Shown one piece after another: positions 49,301 to 60,959 of a stretch of 64,000 nucleotides of DNA. Within the stretch, counting starts at the first letter, position 1. The number at the start of each line of letters is the position of its first letter. Made by a program: the position numbers and the translations under genes. The stretch spans positions 7,998,001-8,062,000 of the forward strand of contig OZ116707.1 in NCBI GenBank assembly GCA_964199315.1, written 5' to 3'. The notes below the pieces were generated by a model that was given only the letters and a program-made list of their open reading frames with translations, was not told the DNA's origin and ran no database searches. This DNA is from Orbicella franksi. Its lineage: Eukaryota.

Positions 49301-50282
49301 AACAGTGGATGGCAAGAAGGGCACACCAACCGAGTGGTCACTTAAAAGAGTCATGGCCATGAAGTCAACATTTGGACAGGTCTATCCAAAATCTGTCCAG
49401 GTAGCAGAAGCGGCACTGGCAGTTCCAGTCTCCAATGCCTGGCCCGAAAGAGGCGCTAGTCAACTGAAATTAATCAAGACTAGGATAAGAAGTCAGATTA
49501 AGAATGACTTACTTGCATCTCTCCTTCACATCAGCATCAATGGCCCTGTCCCACACACATCTGCCTGTGATTCTTTGATCAGCAAGGCTGTAGAAATGTG
49601 GAAAGGTGCTAAAAAGAGAAGAAAGCTCCCATGCCACAAACCAAGCACACAGCCACAAGCTGAAACTGAAGCTGCAACTCACACCACAGTCGTAGATATG
49701 GGAACACAGACAGAGCCAACCACTGAGCTGCAGAAGATTCAAGAGGAGTATGAAGAGGCACTTCACGTTCTCCACCTTGACGACATGGTTGAAGGAGAGT
49801 TGGACTCCCTGGAAGCGTTTGCCAAAAGCATGGAGAGTGATGACAGTGAAGACAGTGGAGTTGATGAATATTAACCCAATCATAAATGAGAGCACCCAAG
49901 GAAAAATGCTATATTTCCTCGATCATATTGCAGCATTTTGAGAAATAGCTTTAATTTGAATGTTAGATTTTTTTTTGGTATACGACATTACTCTTGGAGT
50001 AAAAGAGCTACAGCTCTTGTGGAACATTACTTGCTTGTTAATACAAAGAAGAACTCAACACTTTAGAACCATTTTCAGGTGTGCATTGTTTGTTTAGTCG
50101 CTAACTAAAGAGAAATGGGGGGGATTCAAAAATCCAAAATTTCCTGGGGGAGCATGCCCCCATACCCCCCTAGGAAGGACCGAGCTTCGCTCGTTCTGTG
50201 AAAGAGCTTCGCTCTTTAAAAAATCATTCTCCTGTTACTTTACACTACTCTCCTGCTATTTCAAATATTAACGAAAACCCTG
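46315..50282 (+). mobile_element. Full-length hAT DNA transposon (3968 bp) with a 6-bp TSD, in a KDZ intron
   Basis: TIRs CAGGGTGTTCATTA versus reverse complement CAGGGTTTTCGTTA. TSD TAAGCT at 46309-14 and 50283-88. Subterminal GGAGAATTCTCCGGCTA repeats and GGGGGAGCATGCCCCC. Confidence 0.93.
47247..49874 (+). CDS. Intact intronless hAT transposase (875 aa; TTF-type zinc finger, DUF4371-like region, hAT dimerisation domain; ZNF862-like architecture)
   Basis: ATG in CCGACCATGT context; W.F...W...MYCLICKKH...EHALSNKH; LLVDDVSD; GLATDGASVM; HCICHNLAL; DTRWLS; VPVSNAWPERGASQLKLIKTRIRS. No stops. Confidence 0.93.
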   Translation: MSKITHFFAPTSSGSGKCSNASSTSGNNNNKDEEDELLEPPPKRSLKSTSSEATEARCASSKKSSVSSSVVEDIIKDLFTEDQKKVLHHYHRCRERNCSGLGTDEKQRLSSKKDKFQHEWLFEANVFCEKTGLTWLVFVEGEGMYCLICKKHKLTNQQNKSDIFNEKPSIRYKTTAILEHALSNKHSAAISCEMINRVSVFQRELDERQKVNDTVLFKVFYSIYWLAKEGIANKKAAGLFTLLEKLGVNDLKYFNHRSPASVREMFSTLGCALKENVVKRANTAGCFGLLVDDVSDISVMEQMITFIQFYDEHSSEVAVEFFSVDNLLEKHYSANATAMFQTIQSNLQACTLSTDKLIGLATDGASVMVGRKNGPAAKLKDVNPRLISVHCICHNLALACTDAKDDANLKFIKEVETVVTQLWKLFENSPKRLACYLKVQQQLKSLQLNNEKSRKMVAKKLKKACDTRWLSFNSAIQSLYADFVAVLQTLKQLKQDPAQPAAYGLLKKINKVKFIGAVYILKWVLPILANLSKSFQKGAINYASIKPSIDYSTDRLNDIKISEEPIKQLKQDLSDGGRLETLELVCTEGNAKDLQGLLQKYIKALVKNIDKRFKSSLPVLSAFSAFDPMLIPNRQSPAFQSHGQGEVKVLADHFFDDDSEAEEFKTEWNKLKYDLLSWREHIPKETVDGKKGTPTEWSLKRVMAMKSTFGQVYPKSVQVAEAALAVPVSNAWPERGASQLKLIKTRIRSQIKNDLLASLLHISINGPVPHTSACDSLISKAVEMWKGAKKRRKLPCHKPSTQPQAETEAATHTTVVDMGTQTEPTTELQKIQEEYEEALHVLHLDDMVEGELDSLEAFAKSMESDDSEDSGVDEY

Positions 50283-53200
50283 TAAGCTGATGGCTAGATA
50301 CCATTAAGATGTACCTCTCCAGAACCTTTCCGTGACCAACCCACTCAGGGAGGGTGGGAATACGAGATGCCCTAGAAACCAGGTTGCTCTGTGACATTTT
50401 CAGCTTTTTACTAGTTTGTTAAGGGAACTGGTACCCCTTTATGTAGAATATTTCAATCTATTTTTAGTGTTTTAAAATCCTTGTTGTTCTTTACAGGTCA
50501 GAATCTCCTACTCAAGCCTTTCTTATTTTGGCAGTTTGGTTGTATAGGCAGTTTAAAACCCTACAAGATGCTAGAAAGCCCTTGGCAGAAATAGAGAGTG
50601 CTATGCAATCTACTGTGTTAGCCTATGACTACATGTGCCATGTGGACAATTTGAAGATTTCCAAGAAGAATCTTCCATTCCGAGAACCATTTGAGAAGGC
50701 CTGGCACTTGGTTACTAAAGTCACTGACAGGTTACACCTGAGAAACCACAAAGACCAAAAGTGCAAAACCCTTTATAATCCAAATGGCAAGATTCCTTCC
50801 GAATTTAACACCATGTCCTGTGAACAAACTTTTGTATGGGCCAGTCGGATGAAAAAGATTATCTGTGCCATGACAAGACTTCACCAGTTGTTTTTCATTC
50901 ATCGCTCTGTGAAACGACAAAACAAATACACTGAACTCTGTCATGTGCGGAATAAGACACCAGTTTTACCCAAGTTGCCTCTCTAAACAAAATGACTTTA
51001 AAGCAATGTTCACTTTGAAGATCAGTATGTCTGTAACTTATATTTATTCATTACTTATTCCAATGTTTATTTAAATGTAGTTTTTTCTTGTATGCCAACT
51101 GCCAGCAGACATTTGTAGAAATAAAAAAGAATCCATGAAATACAGTGTAATGCAAGTTCAAATAATTTTTTTCATTTTAAACACAAGGGATATGCACAAA
51201 ACAATTCACCCAATGTCAAATGGTTTTCTCTCATGTGACTTATCAAAAGATTAAAGTCTTCATGATTAATTATTTATTGTTGTTATGTCAACTATCATTA
51301 TCAGTTGTTTTTTTTCCAATGAAGCATTGTTGCTTCCTCCAAAAATCTAACCAACTACACAAACACATTCTTTCATACAATAATGCAGGGAGTATTTTTG
51401 GTGTGCTCATAGGTCAGGAACTATGCTTGACAAGGGTTATGTTGTCATTGACATGAAAATATGTAATGTAACGTGAAACAATAATATTGTTGGGAAACTT
51501 AAAAAAAAATGCATCACTTTCAAAAACAGGAGCTAGTAAGCTATGAAATGTCAACTGGAACACATGGATGTGATTTGCTTCAAATCTGTTATTTTGTCTG
51601 TGGCCTGGCCTGATCCATGTATATGGCCTCTGACAAAATTATTTGTAACATCCATGACTATGGAAATTTGTTATCAAGTTTTTGTCTCATTTTACTCGCA
51701 ATTACCACACTTAAATTTATCATTGTAGTCACTTATTTTCACTCCTGCACATGATGCATGCTGCCATTGGTTGCACATGTTACATTTATCCATTGAAGAT
51801 TTCTTTTTCTTTTTCTTTGATGAGCAAAGCTTGCAGTTCCCACATTCCTGATCTGTTAGATTTCTCTTGCCAACACCTGAAGAGAGAAATAGCTTTTAGG
51901 TACTGGGCTAAAATCAGGTGACATTTTGCAAGATTGAACAGGAAAATTGTTTTATTATTCAACAAAATTGTCGACAAAGCGCATTTACATCTAGAAAAGC
52001 TATGATTATGCATCATGTGTATAGCTGTTTTCAAGTGAATATTATTCAGACTGAAAAGTTATTTGGGTAAGTGAGATACTTTACAGTTCGCAACTTTCTT
52101 CATATTTGTGACTTTAAAGGCCCCTAAAGGCCCGCCTGGTCATCTTAGGTTAAGGCAGCTAGAGGGCACCAGTCCACCAATTTTCCCCCCTTAGAGGTAT
52201 GATAATCATACCCAGTTGAACTTTAACACTGATTTACAAATTATCGCTGAACTGATGTAGAGGAGAACCGATTTAAAAGATCTGATCACCATATAGCTTG
52301 CATCATTGTAACACACCCATACCTTTGCCTGATGATTGTTTTGAGGATCCAGATTCAGCATTTCTTGAGGGTGTGCCTTGATTGTCACAAGATACAGACT
52401 TTGACAGTTATAGATAGGGTTAGAAGAACAGACATAATTATTGTTACAGTGGGTCAGTTGGTAAAGAGCTCTGTTGATCGAGGAGGTCATGGGGTTTAAA
52501 ATACTTTTGGATACTTGATCTAAAACTTGAACTTCGTTTTCTTAAATCAGGAACGAATCACTGTCTGCACCTTCTAAATCTAAAGAATCATCCACATAAC
52601 CTGTATCATGAAGGAAAGTGGGGTTACTGTAAATGACATGTATAACTGGTTACAGAGTGCTATTTTGATACTAGGTGATTTCAATTTGAGGGACTAGTGA
52701 AAAAAAGTCCAGTTCTAATTTTAAATTGTTTGAAATTTTATCATAATGTAGACATACGAATGTCAAAAAACCTTGAACAATCTTATGACAAAATACATAC
52801 CTGACTCATTGCAAGACCTCTTGGAAGTCTGAACTACAAAAAAGGATAAGATTTCTAAAGTCAACTTAGATGCTTTACACAAACAGCAGTTGTCGTCTTG
52901 ACCTTATGCAAAATGAATGGCAACCACACTGGCATTGGGTCTATTACCTCAAATATAACATCCAGTCAAAAATTCAAAACATTTGAATGGGCGCTGAGTT
53001 GTTTTTGTGAGGCGCAGCACTTCATATTTTAGATGTGTCAACCTTGTGCTTTTTCCAGTCTGAACACAGATGATAACAAACTGGTCAAACCTTGTATATA
53101 GTTCATGCAGTATCATTGTTGTCTTTGTATTATTTATGTCTGCTATGTCCAGTTTTAGGCTTGAGATGGGCAGGACATCACTATTTTTACATTTTCAGTA

Positions 53201-56200
53201 CATTTTAATTTCTGACAATACATCCCAGGGAGTGCACCACAGTTGTTTCTATGCTGCCGTTATTGGATGCATCTAAACAGTCAACTTCTTCCGGAGGAGC
53301 CACTGGCACTGGCAAGTTTCTCCTTGCTGCATTTAGTTCGTCTTTCAGATTATCATTCAACTCCCTTTCTGCTTTCAGTGCCTCCTTCAGTTTGCCAATT
53401 TCATCTAGGTATTCTAGCTTGGTACGTTTAAATTTGTCTGTTTGTTGCCTTAATTGACCTCGCAAAATGGCACAATTATGGCAGGAAGAAGGTTCTGAGG
53501 ACTCGACAGCCATTGTTTCCTCTTCATCTGTAGCTTCTATGTTACACCCTACAAAAATTTCATCATATTACTGTTTTAATAATTTGCGGCTCACCCCTGA
53601 AATGCAAAAAGGTGAAAAGAGTCGAAGTGTGTACATGTACCTTGAAAAAAAAATTGATTGATTGCTGTACAATACTTACAACTGTCAATTATTTTCAGTT
53701 GATCCTCACAGATACTTTGATGTGGTATTTTTAGTGAAGGTACATGCCCAGAATTTTGAAATGCAGTTTGGAAGTCTGCATTTCCTCCATCAATACTTCC
53801 GACAATGTTTCGAAAGTCTTGACCAGTGTAGGGTGTTCCAGCTTTCTGCAGCAACAATGACACTTTCAGCCTGTGTAGATATAGGGCTGGGCCATGAGGG
53901 GACAATCTCTGTGGGACAGATGGTTTCAGCCATGTGGATACCTAACGAGACATTGTATAATTACATAAGATAGTCAGGATCTCATGACTCTTTTTCAGAC
54001 GTACATGCATGTAAATACATCTTTTGTGGTTAATACTCACTTTCAGCGTGTATAGCTAGTGCTACGTGGGGTAGGATGGACTTAGGCAAGCAGTGAAGCA
54101 GTTGTAACATTTCTTCAAATTGTCATCAACAAAGTTCTGTATAATTCTATTAATATAATTTGAAACCAAATGAAAGAGACACAAACTGGTTTGTGAAATT
54201 TTACACTTCTTTAAAATTTGACCACAGTGCATTTAGAAACAACATTCCAGTCTGTCACAGCAGTCGTGCATGATGCATTTAGTAGCAAATGCCACAATGG
54301 ATTTAGAACTTGAGGTGGATGTATATTTGTTACATCGAATATTGTCAGACATAATAGATGAGATGGTAGGAAATTGCAAATATGTACATACATCATCTTG
54401 TGAATGTCCTTTTCTCACAGCCTCCACAATATCTGTGATAAGATCTTCAAGTGTGGCCTTCACTTTCTGCGACTGGCGATACAATCCCTTTACATATGGA
54501 ATCAGTTTTTCCTCCAAGTGGGAGTCGAATTCAGTCTCACTAACTACAGACTCATCTGCAACCAACTCTATTATCTGTTCAAATAGTGAAATCAAAAAGT
54601 CTAAGTTGCAGTTGGGTGTCAAATTAGCAATATTCATCATCATTACACTATCAGTGATCCCACACTTCATACATTTTAGCTCAAAAAGATGATATTGCTT
54701 GTCATTTTGAGTGGGTATATCTTCTTAATGTTTAAACTTGTTCCTGCAGTAAGTATACCCATAAATCCTCTTTTAATTAAGCCACCCCTCTTTGAAGGGG
54801 AAAATTTTTTTAACCTCACCCACCCTTCCCCCTTGAGAAAAACATACACTTCATATCACTTAAGTCCTATGATTGATTCAACTTTTGGGAGTTCTTTTCA
54901 TAGCCTTAAAATTTTTGAGTGAGAATCAATAGTGTATTCAGAAATTACAGAGAGAGATGCATAAACAAGTTAGCATATCCCATTGTTTGATGGTAGTGCA
55001 CATTGGGCTGCATATTACTAAATCAATAAGCCAATCCTTGATAGTACCTGAAAAAAATTAGCCATGCGTAATGGCTTTATAGATGATTTATGCTAGCTTC
55101 TTTTATTAATAATTCATCACTAAGTTAATACAGAGAAAACCAGAACCGTGACTGTGGTTTTAATTTGACATGTGATCGTAATCCGAAAAAAAGTTTTTCT
55201 TTCTGTAGCTTTAGTTATAATAATTGAGATATTAGATCAAAAACCAATATTCATTTTTAACTAATTTTCATTATAGATTCATTTTTAACTAATTTTCCCA
55301 ATTGTGGAAATTTAAAATAACTTATAGTTCATGGAATCTCACTGACCTTCAACGCAAAAAGGTGGTAGATGGAATAAACCAGTGGCAGCCATGATGGCGA
55401 TCCTGTCAGTCTTTGTTGGAAGAACCAGATATGGTCTTCCAGTCCTGCCTGGGTGAATTCCCCCATTCGGATTATTGATGGCAAACAGTTTGCGCCTGCA
55501 TGTTGAAATGCAGTGTTACGGGCATGAAAAAAGTCTTCACCAGCTTCTCCATTTTGAATTGTGTCAAAAAAAATTGGTGTGGTCCTTTCAAATGCCCTAG
55601 TAATATGAGAAAACAGCAATAAATAATAATTAATTTTAGTTAGTGCATATTAGAGAGGATATTTCCCCATTGGTACTTACCAATGACTGAAAGAACCTTC
55701 TCATAGTGGAAGGCAGACACTGCTCCAGACAGGAGACAAATAAACTGGTAAAAATTATTCTTAGTGAAGTTCTTTGCGGCTTTCGTAAAGAGAAACCAAT
55801 TAAACTGCCTGAGTGGAAGTTCAATTACTGATGGCGTTGACTTTAGGTATTCACGAAGAAGTGGATCCCCAGAATTGGATGACTGTGGAATCCCAACTAA
55901 GTGTGGTACCATCCAAATGTACTCCTTTTCCTCATCTGGGATAAGCATCCCTTGGCCATCCAGCTAAAAAAAAAGGAGGATACCAGTTATTTATCTCTAA
56001 GGCTGCTAAGGCCATCTCCCTTTTTTTCTCCGTTTAGCGTCGTTTGACCGACCCAGATTTTCTCATTTTCTAAAACAAGAATAAAAAGTTATGAAGAAGG
56101 CAATGACATATAATATCAGTATGCAGTTTAGGTGGTTCATCTTTTTTTTGCTGTTCACGTTTGAGTTTAACCACGATGTCGATCTTGTCGCCATGTTGAC

Positions 56201-56421
56201 TTTGTAACCTCGTCTTGTCGATTCCAGGCTCCACAGATATTATGCTAAGGTACTGGCCTCCTAGTTCCTGAGGCGGGGGTTCTCTTTTCTGACCGACCGA
56301 CCCAAAATCAGGAAATGCATTCGGGAGTAAACGAAAAAATGAAGGGGGGGGAATGGCCTAAAAAATAAAACTGAATCTACAATTAAAACTTGTAACTAAA
56401 AAAAATTAATGTTATCCCTTG

Positions 56422-59400
56422 TGTAGTGTTTGTAAGGTACATTTCGGTGCATCATACATAATATACTTAAGCGCGCAATGTAAGTTGGGAAGTTGATTAT
56501 TAAAGCAGCATGGCGGACGTCTGGATTGGATTCGTGTGTCGTATCTGTTCATTGCAATAATCCAGTTCCATCGGTTGTGGAACGTGACATCTCGCGACGA
56601 GGATTGAAGTTGCAACTGCCCAGACCATGGCGTCAATAAAGATAGACGATTTGACGAGTGTAAAACCCTTCGACCCACATGGTCAACCTTCAGGCGTGGG
56701 AAGGCGATGGCAGAGTTGGCTGAAAAATTTCTCGATGTATGCCGACAGCAAAGGCTTGCTCATCGAAGTGGATAAAGCCGATAATAAAATCCAGAGGAGA
56801 GCTTTACTCCTTCATTCTGCCAGCGAAGCTGTTCAAGAAATTTTCGAAACGTTGACTGACACAGGCGAGGTGAAAGATTACGAAAAAGCGGTGAAGGCTT
56901 TGAACGATTATTTCATTCCAAAGGTAAATTTGACATACCAAAATCACCTGTTCCACAGCATGGAACAATAGGACGGCGAAACTGTGGCTCAGTGCGTGAC
57001 GCGATTGAGGCAAGTGGTCAAGGACTGTGACTATGGCGAACAAGCCAAAAACCAGATTCATGATCAAGTTGTGCAGAGATGTAAATCACATGAATTAAGG
57101 AAGAAACTACTGGAAAAAGGTGAGAAACTAACCTTAGAGCTGTTACTTTCGACGGCAGCAAATCACGAACGAGTTCAATCACAGCTGGAGAATATGGAAG
57201 GCAGAAAGGATGTGAATTTGGTCCGTGACAAGCAGGAAGACAGAGAGGAGTCTGTAAAGTAAGCATGCTACAGATGTGTAAAAGTAGGACATTTTGGACG
57301 AGACTCTGAATGCCCTGCGAAAGGAAAAACTTGCCATAAGTGTGGAGGAGCTGACCATTTTGGCTCGCAGTGTAGAACGAAAACAGCCAAACCTCCCAAA
57401 CCTAGATGGGAAGAGAAGACAAAAGGAAAGAAAAAGAAGAAGTCAGTAAGGTTGTGGGAAGTGAAAGAGATGAAGATGAGTATGCATTTACTGTGAATTC
57501 CGCTACATCTCCTGAGAAAATAGATGTGACTGTGGGCGGAGTTGTAGTTGCAATGCTGATTGATTCGGGTGCGAGCACCAATGTGATTGACAAAAATCTG
57601 TGGTCAAAGTTAAAGCAAGACAGGATTAAGTGTGTGTCGAGAAAGAGTGATAAGAAGCTTTATGCGTATGGCAGTAAACAGCCGCTGAACGTTCTAGGAA
57701 CATTCTCAGCACTGGCAAGAGTAGAGGGAAAAGAAACCGAAGCCGAATTTGTTGTTATTAATGGTGAAGGGGTGGCACTGCTTGGAAGAGAAACTGCCAT
57801 ACACCTAGGCGTGTTGAAATTAGGAACCCGGATCTGCGCTGTGACATCTAATGAGATGATTATGTCCGATTACAAAGAAATCTTTGAAGGTGTGGGAAAG
57901 TTAAAGAATTACCAAGTTAAGTTGCATGGGAATCCAGACGTACCTCCTGTGACGCAACCAGTCAGGCGCACCCCATTTAGTCTTCGAGACAAGGTTAAAG
58001 AAAAGATTGAAGAACTGGTAGCCATGGACATAATTGAACCGGTAGAGGGCCCGACCCCGTGGGTTAGTCCAGTTGTAGTAGTCCCAAAGCAGAATGACGA
58101 AATACGCCTTTGTGTAGACATGCGAAGGGCTAATGAAGCCATTATCAGAGAACGTTATCCCATACCCACAGTGGACGAAGTGCTCCAAAACCTCAACCAA
58201 AACACAGTGTTCAGTAAACTGGATTTAAAATGGGGTTATCACCAATTAGAACTCCATCCAGATTCCAGGAGTATCACAATGTTCACTACACATTGTGGTC
58301 TATACCAGTACAAGCGCCTTATGTTTGGGATAAGGTCAGCTCCAGAAGTGTACCAGCATCTCATTCAGCAATCATTACAAGGCTGTGAAGGTGTTGCCAA
58401 CATCTCAGATGATATCATTATTCATGGGAAGAACCCTGAAGAACATGACAGAAGATTGCAGCGAGGTTTGGAGAGGCTGAAAGAGAAGAATCTCACGCTG
58501 AATGCAGAGAAGTGCAGGTTCCACATGACCCAGATGGTGTTCATGGGACTGGTGTTAAGCAACAATGGTATTGGCCCTGCGGAAGACAAGGTAAAAGCGA
58601 TCGTTGATGCAAGAAAACCGCAGAGTGCATCAGAAGTCAGAAGCTTTCTGGGACTGGGAAACTACAATGCTCGTTTCATCCCGGACTTTGCTACGGTCGC
58701 AGAGCCATTGCACAGATTAACCAAAAAGGGTGTCCGTTTCGAGTTTGGAGAAGAGCAGAAGAACGCATTCAGTGAGCTTAAGAGGAGGCTATCAAGTGCA
58801 GAAACTCTTGGTTACTTTGATAAAAATGCCAAGACACTAATCATAGCAGACGCAAGCCCGGTAGGCCTTGGTGCGATCCTCATCCAGGAGCAGCAAGGCA
58901 GGGAAAGAGTCATTAGTTACGCAAGCAAGAGTCTTAGTGATGTGGAAAAGCGTTATTCGCAAACGGAAAAAGAAGCCTTGGCTGTTGTATGGGCATGTGA
59001 ACGATTCCATGTGTACCTTTACGGCATTGAATTTGAACTGTACACTGATCACAAACCATTGGAAACAATCTACTCAAGCAGATCGAAGCTGTGTGCACGA
59101 ATCGAAAGATGGATCTTGTGATTACAGCCATACAAGTTCCAAGTCAAATACCTACCTGGAGAGCAGAATATTGCCGATCCATTGTCACGCTTACTGCATG
59201 TGAACGAGGAAGCAGAATCTTCATCAGCGCACAAGGTGTCAGATGAATTTGTCAGGTTTGTCGCAGTAACTGCCACTCCTCACGCAATGACAACACGTGA
59301 AATTGAAGAAGCCTCATCACAGGACAGAGAGTTCGTGGAATTGCGTCAGCACATTAAAGACGGAAACTGGAAAGGTGATCAGCACAAGCAGTACATACCA

Positions 59401-60959
59401 GTATGTGGCGAACTGTGTGTTATCGGCAAGTTAATTCTTCGAGGTACCACGATTGTCATTCCAAGCAAGTTGAGACCTTGAGTACTGAGCCTTGCGCATG
59501 AAGGACATCCAGGAATTGTCAGTATGAAGCAGAGATTACGATCAAAGGTATGGTGGCCTGGGATTGACAAGGAAGCCGAGAAGTTTTGCAGAACCTGTCA
59601 TGGCTGTCAGCTTGTAAGCAGTCCGGCAAACCCAGAGCCAATCAAGTCAACCCCATTACCAAGTAGCCCATGGCAAGATTTGGCCATAGACCTATTAGGT
59701 CCATTACCATCAGGAGAATCTGTCTTAGTCATCATTGATTACTTCAGCAGGTACTATGAAGTGGAAGTCATGCGTTCAACAACATCAGAGAAAGTCATAG
59801 AGTGTTTGGAGAAAATCTTCACCACACATGGACTACCTCAATCACTTCGAAGTGACAATGGTCCACAGTTCAGATCAGAAGTGTTTGAGTGGTATTTGGA
59901 GGATAACAGCATAGAACACAGGAAGACCACACCATTGTGGCCACAAGCGAACGGCGAGGTGGAAAGACAAAACAAGTCCCTCCTCAAGAGAATGAAAATA
60001 GCTCAAGCTGAGGGAAAAGAATGGAAGAAGGAAGTTCGCAAGTATTTGGTAGCATATAGGTCAACCCCTCATACTACCACAGGTGTGAGTCCAGCAGAAC
60101 TCTTGTTTGGCAGAAAGATGCGTACTAAACTACCTGAACTGAGAGAGGAGAGGATAGAGAGTGAGATGCGAGACCGAGATGGCAAAATGAAAGCCAAAGC
60201 TAAACACTATGCAGACAAGAAGAGGAGTGCCCAGGAGTCAGACCTAGCTCCAGGTGACAAAGTCTTAGTAAAACAAGAGTGCAAAAACAAGTTGTCAACA
60301 CCATTTGCTTCTGAGCCTTATGATGTTGTAACCAAAACTGGGAACAGTGTTGTCATTGAATCACCAGAAGGCGTTCAACTTATGCAAAACACAACCCATG
60401 TAAAGAAGTACGAGGAAGCATCACAGAATCCGGAGGAAACAACTCCACTGCTTGATGTTGCTGATCCTGTAAAACTGGAAGCACAACGAGAAGAACTGAG
60501 CAGCCCGGTTATGATGAGACCAACAAGGGCCAGGAAACTGCCGGAAAGACTTACAGACTTTGTTATGACCTGAGCGTCATTGTTAAGGACTCTGTTTTGA
60601 CTTGAGTGCTATTGTTAGAGACTCTGTTATGACTTTATGTCATTATTGACTGTTACAGTTCAAAAGAGGAGAATTAATAATTTTTATGGCCAGCCGTTTT
60701 GTGAGTTTAAGTCCTACTAGGTTTTTAGTTGACTTTCAATTGTGTTGACATTTCCTTAAGATCATAGTGGTTATACCAAAAAAGGAAGGGATGTAGTGTT
60801 TGTAAGGTACATTTCGGTGCATCATACATAATATACTTAAGCGCGCAATGTAAGTTGGGAAGTTGATTATTAAAGCAGCATGGCGGACGTCTGGATTGGA
60901 TTCGTGTGTCGTATCTGTTCATTGCAATAATCCAGTTCCATCGGTTGTGGAACGTGACA
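56422..60959 (+). mobile_element. Ty3/Gypsy LTR retrotransposon (4538 bp)
   Basis: Identical 168-bp LTRs (56422-56589 and 60792-60959, TG...CA); 5-bp TSD CCTTG; PBS-like CGCGACGAGG after the 5' LTR; PPT AAAAAAGGAAGGGA before the 3' LTR. Confidence 0.97.
56627..60573 (+). pseudogene. Gypsy gag-pol with 4 in-frame stops and a frameshift near 57400
   Basis: Gag with CYRC..GH and CHKCGGADHFGSQC knuckles; protease LIDSGAS; RT WVSPVVVV, LCVDMR and ISDDII; RNaseH ADAS, YSQTEKEALA and TDHKPL; integrase HEGHPG..CHGC, IDLLGP, SDNGPQF and NGEVER. Confidence 0.95.

Larger units (their letters stand above)
42431..50986 (+). pseudogene. Spliced KDZ (Kyakuja-Dileera-Zisupton)-superfamily transposase with CxC5/CxC6-like cysteine clusters
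   Basis: Exons at ~42955-43191 (KLFTLQGPIPASKITL; NHSWVSFSGFSESYNEVY), ~43735-43931, 44784-45029 (LFVADGNWKLRYVHC...CP.SP..GHAFCEKH), 45895-46069 (ECNKD...SRGIFFIVSAGGHI) and 50497-50986 (SESPTQ, LAYDYMCH, DRLHLRNH..C, NTMSCEQTF.W). In-frame TAA at 43765-67 and a frameshift in the CxC5-like exon. Confidence 0.8.
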
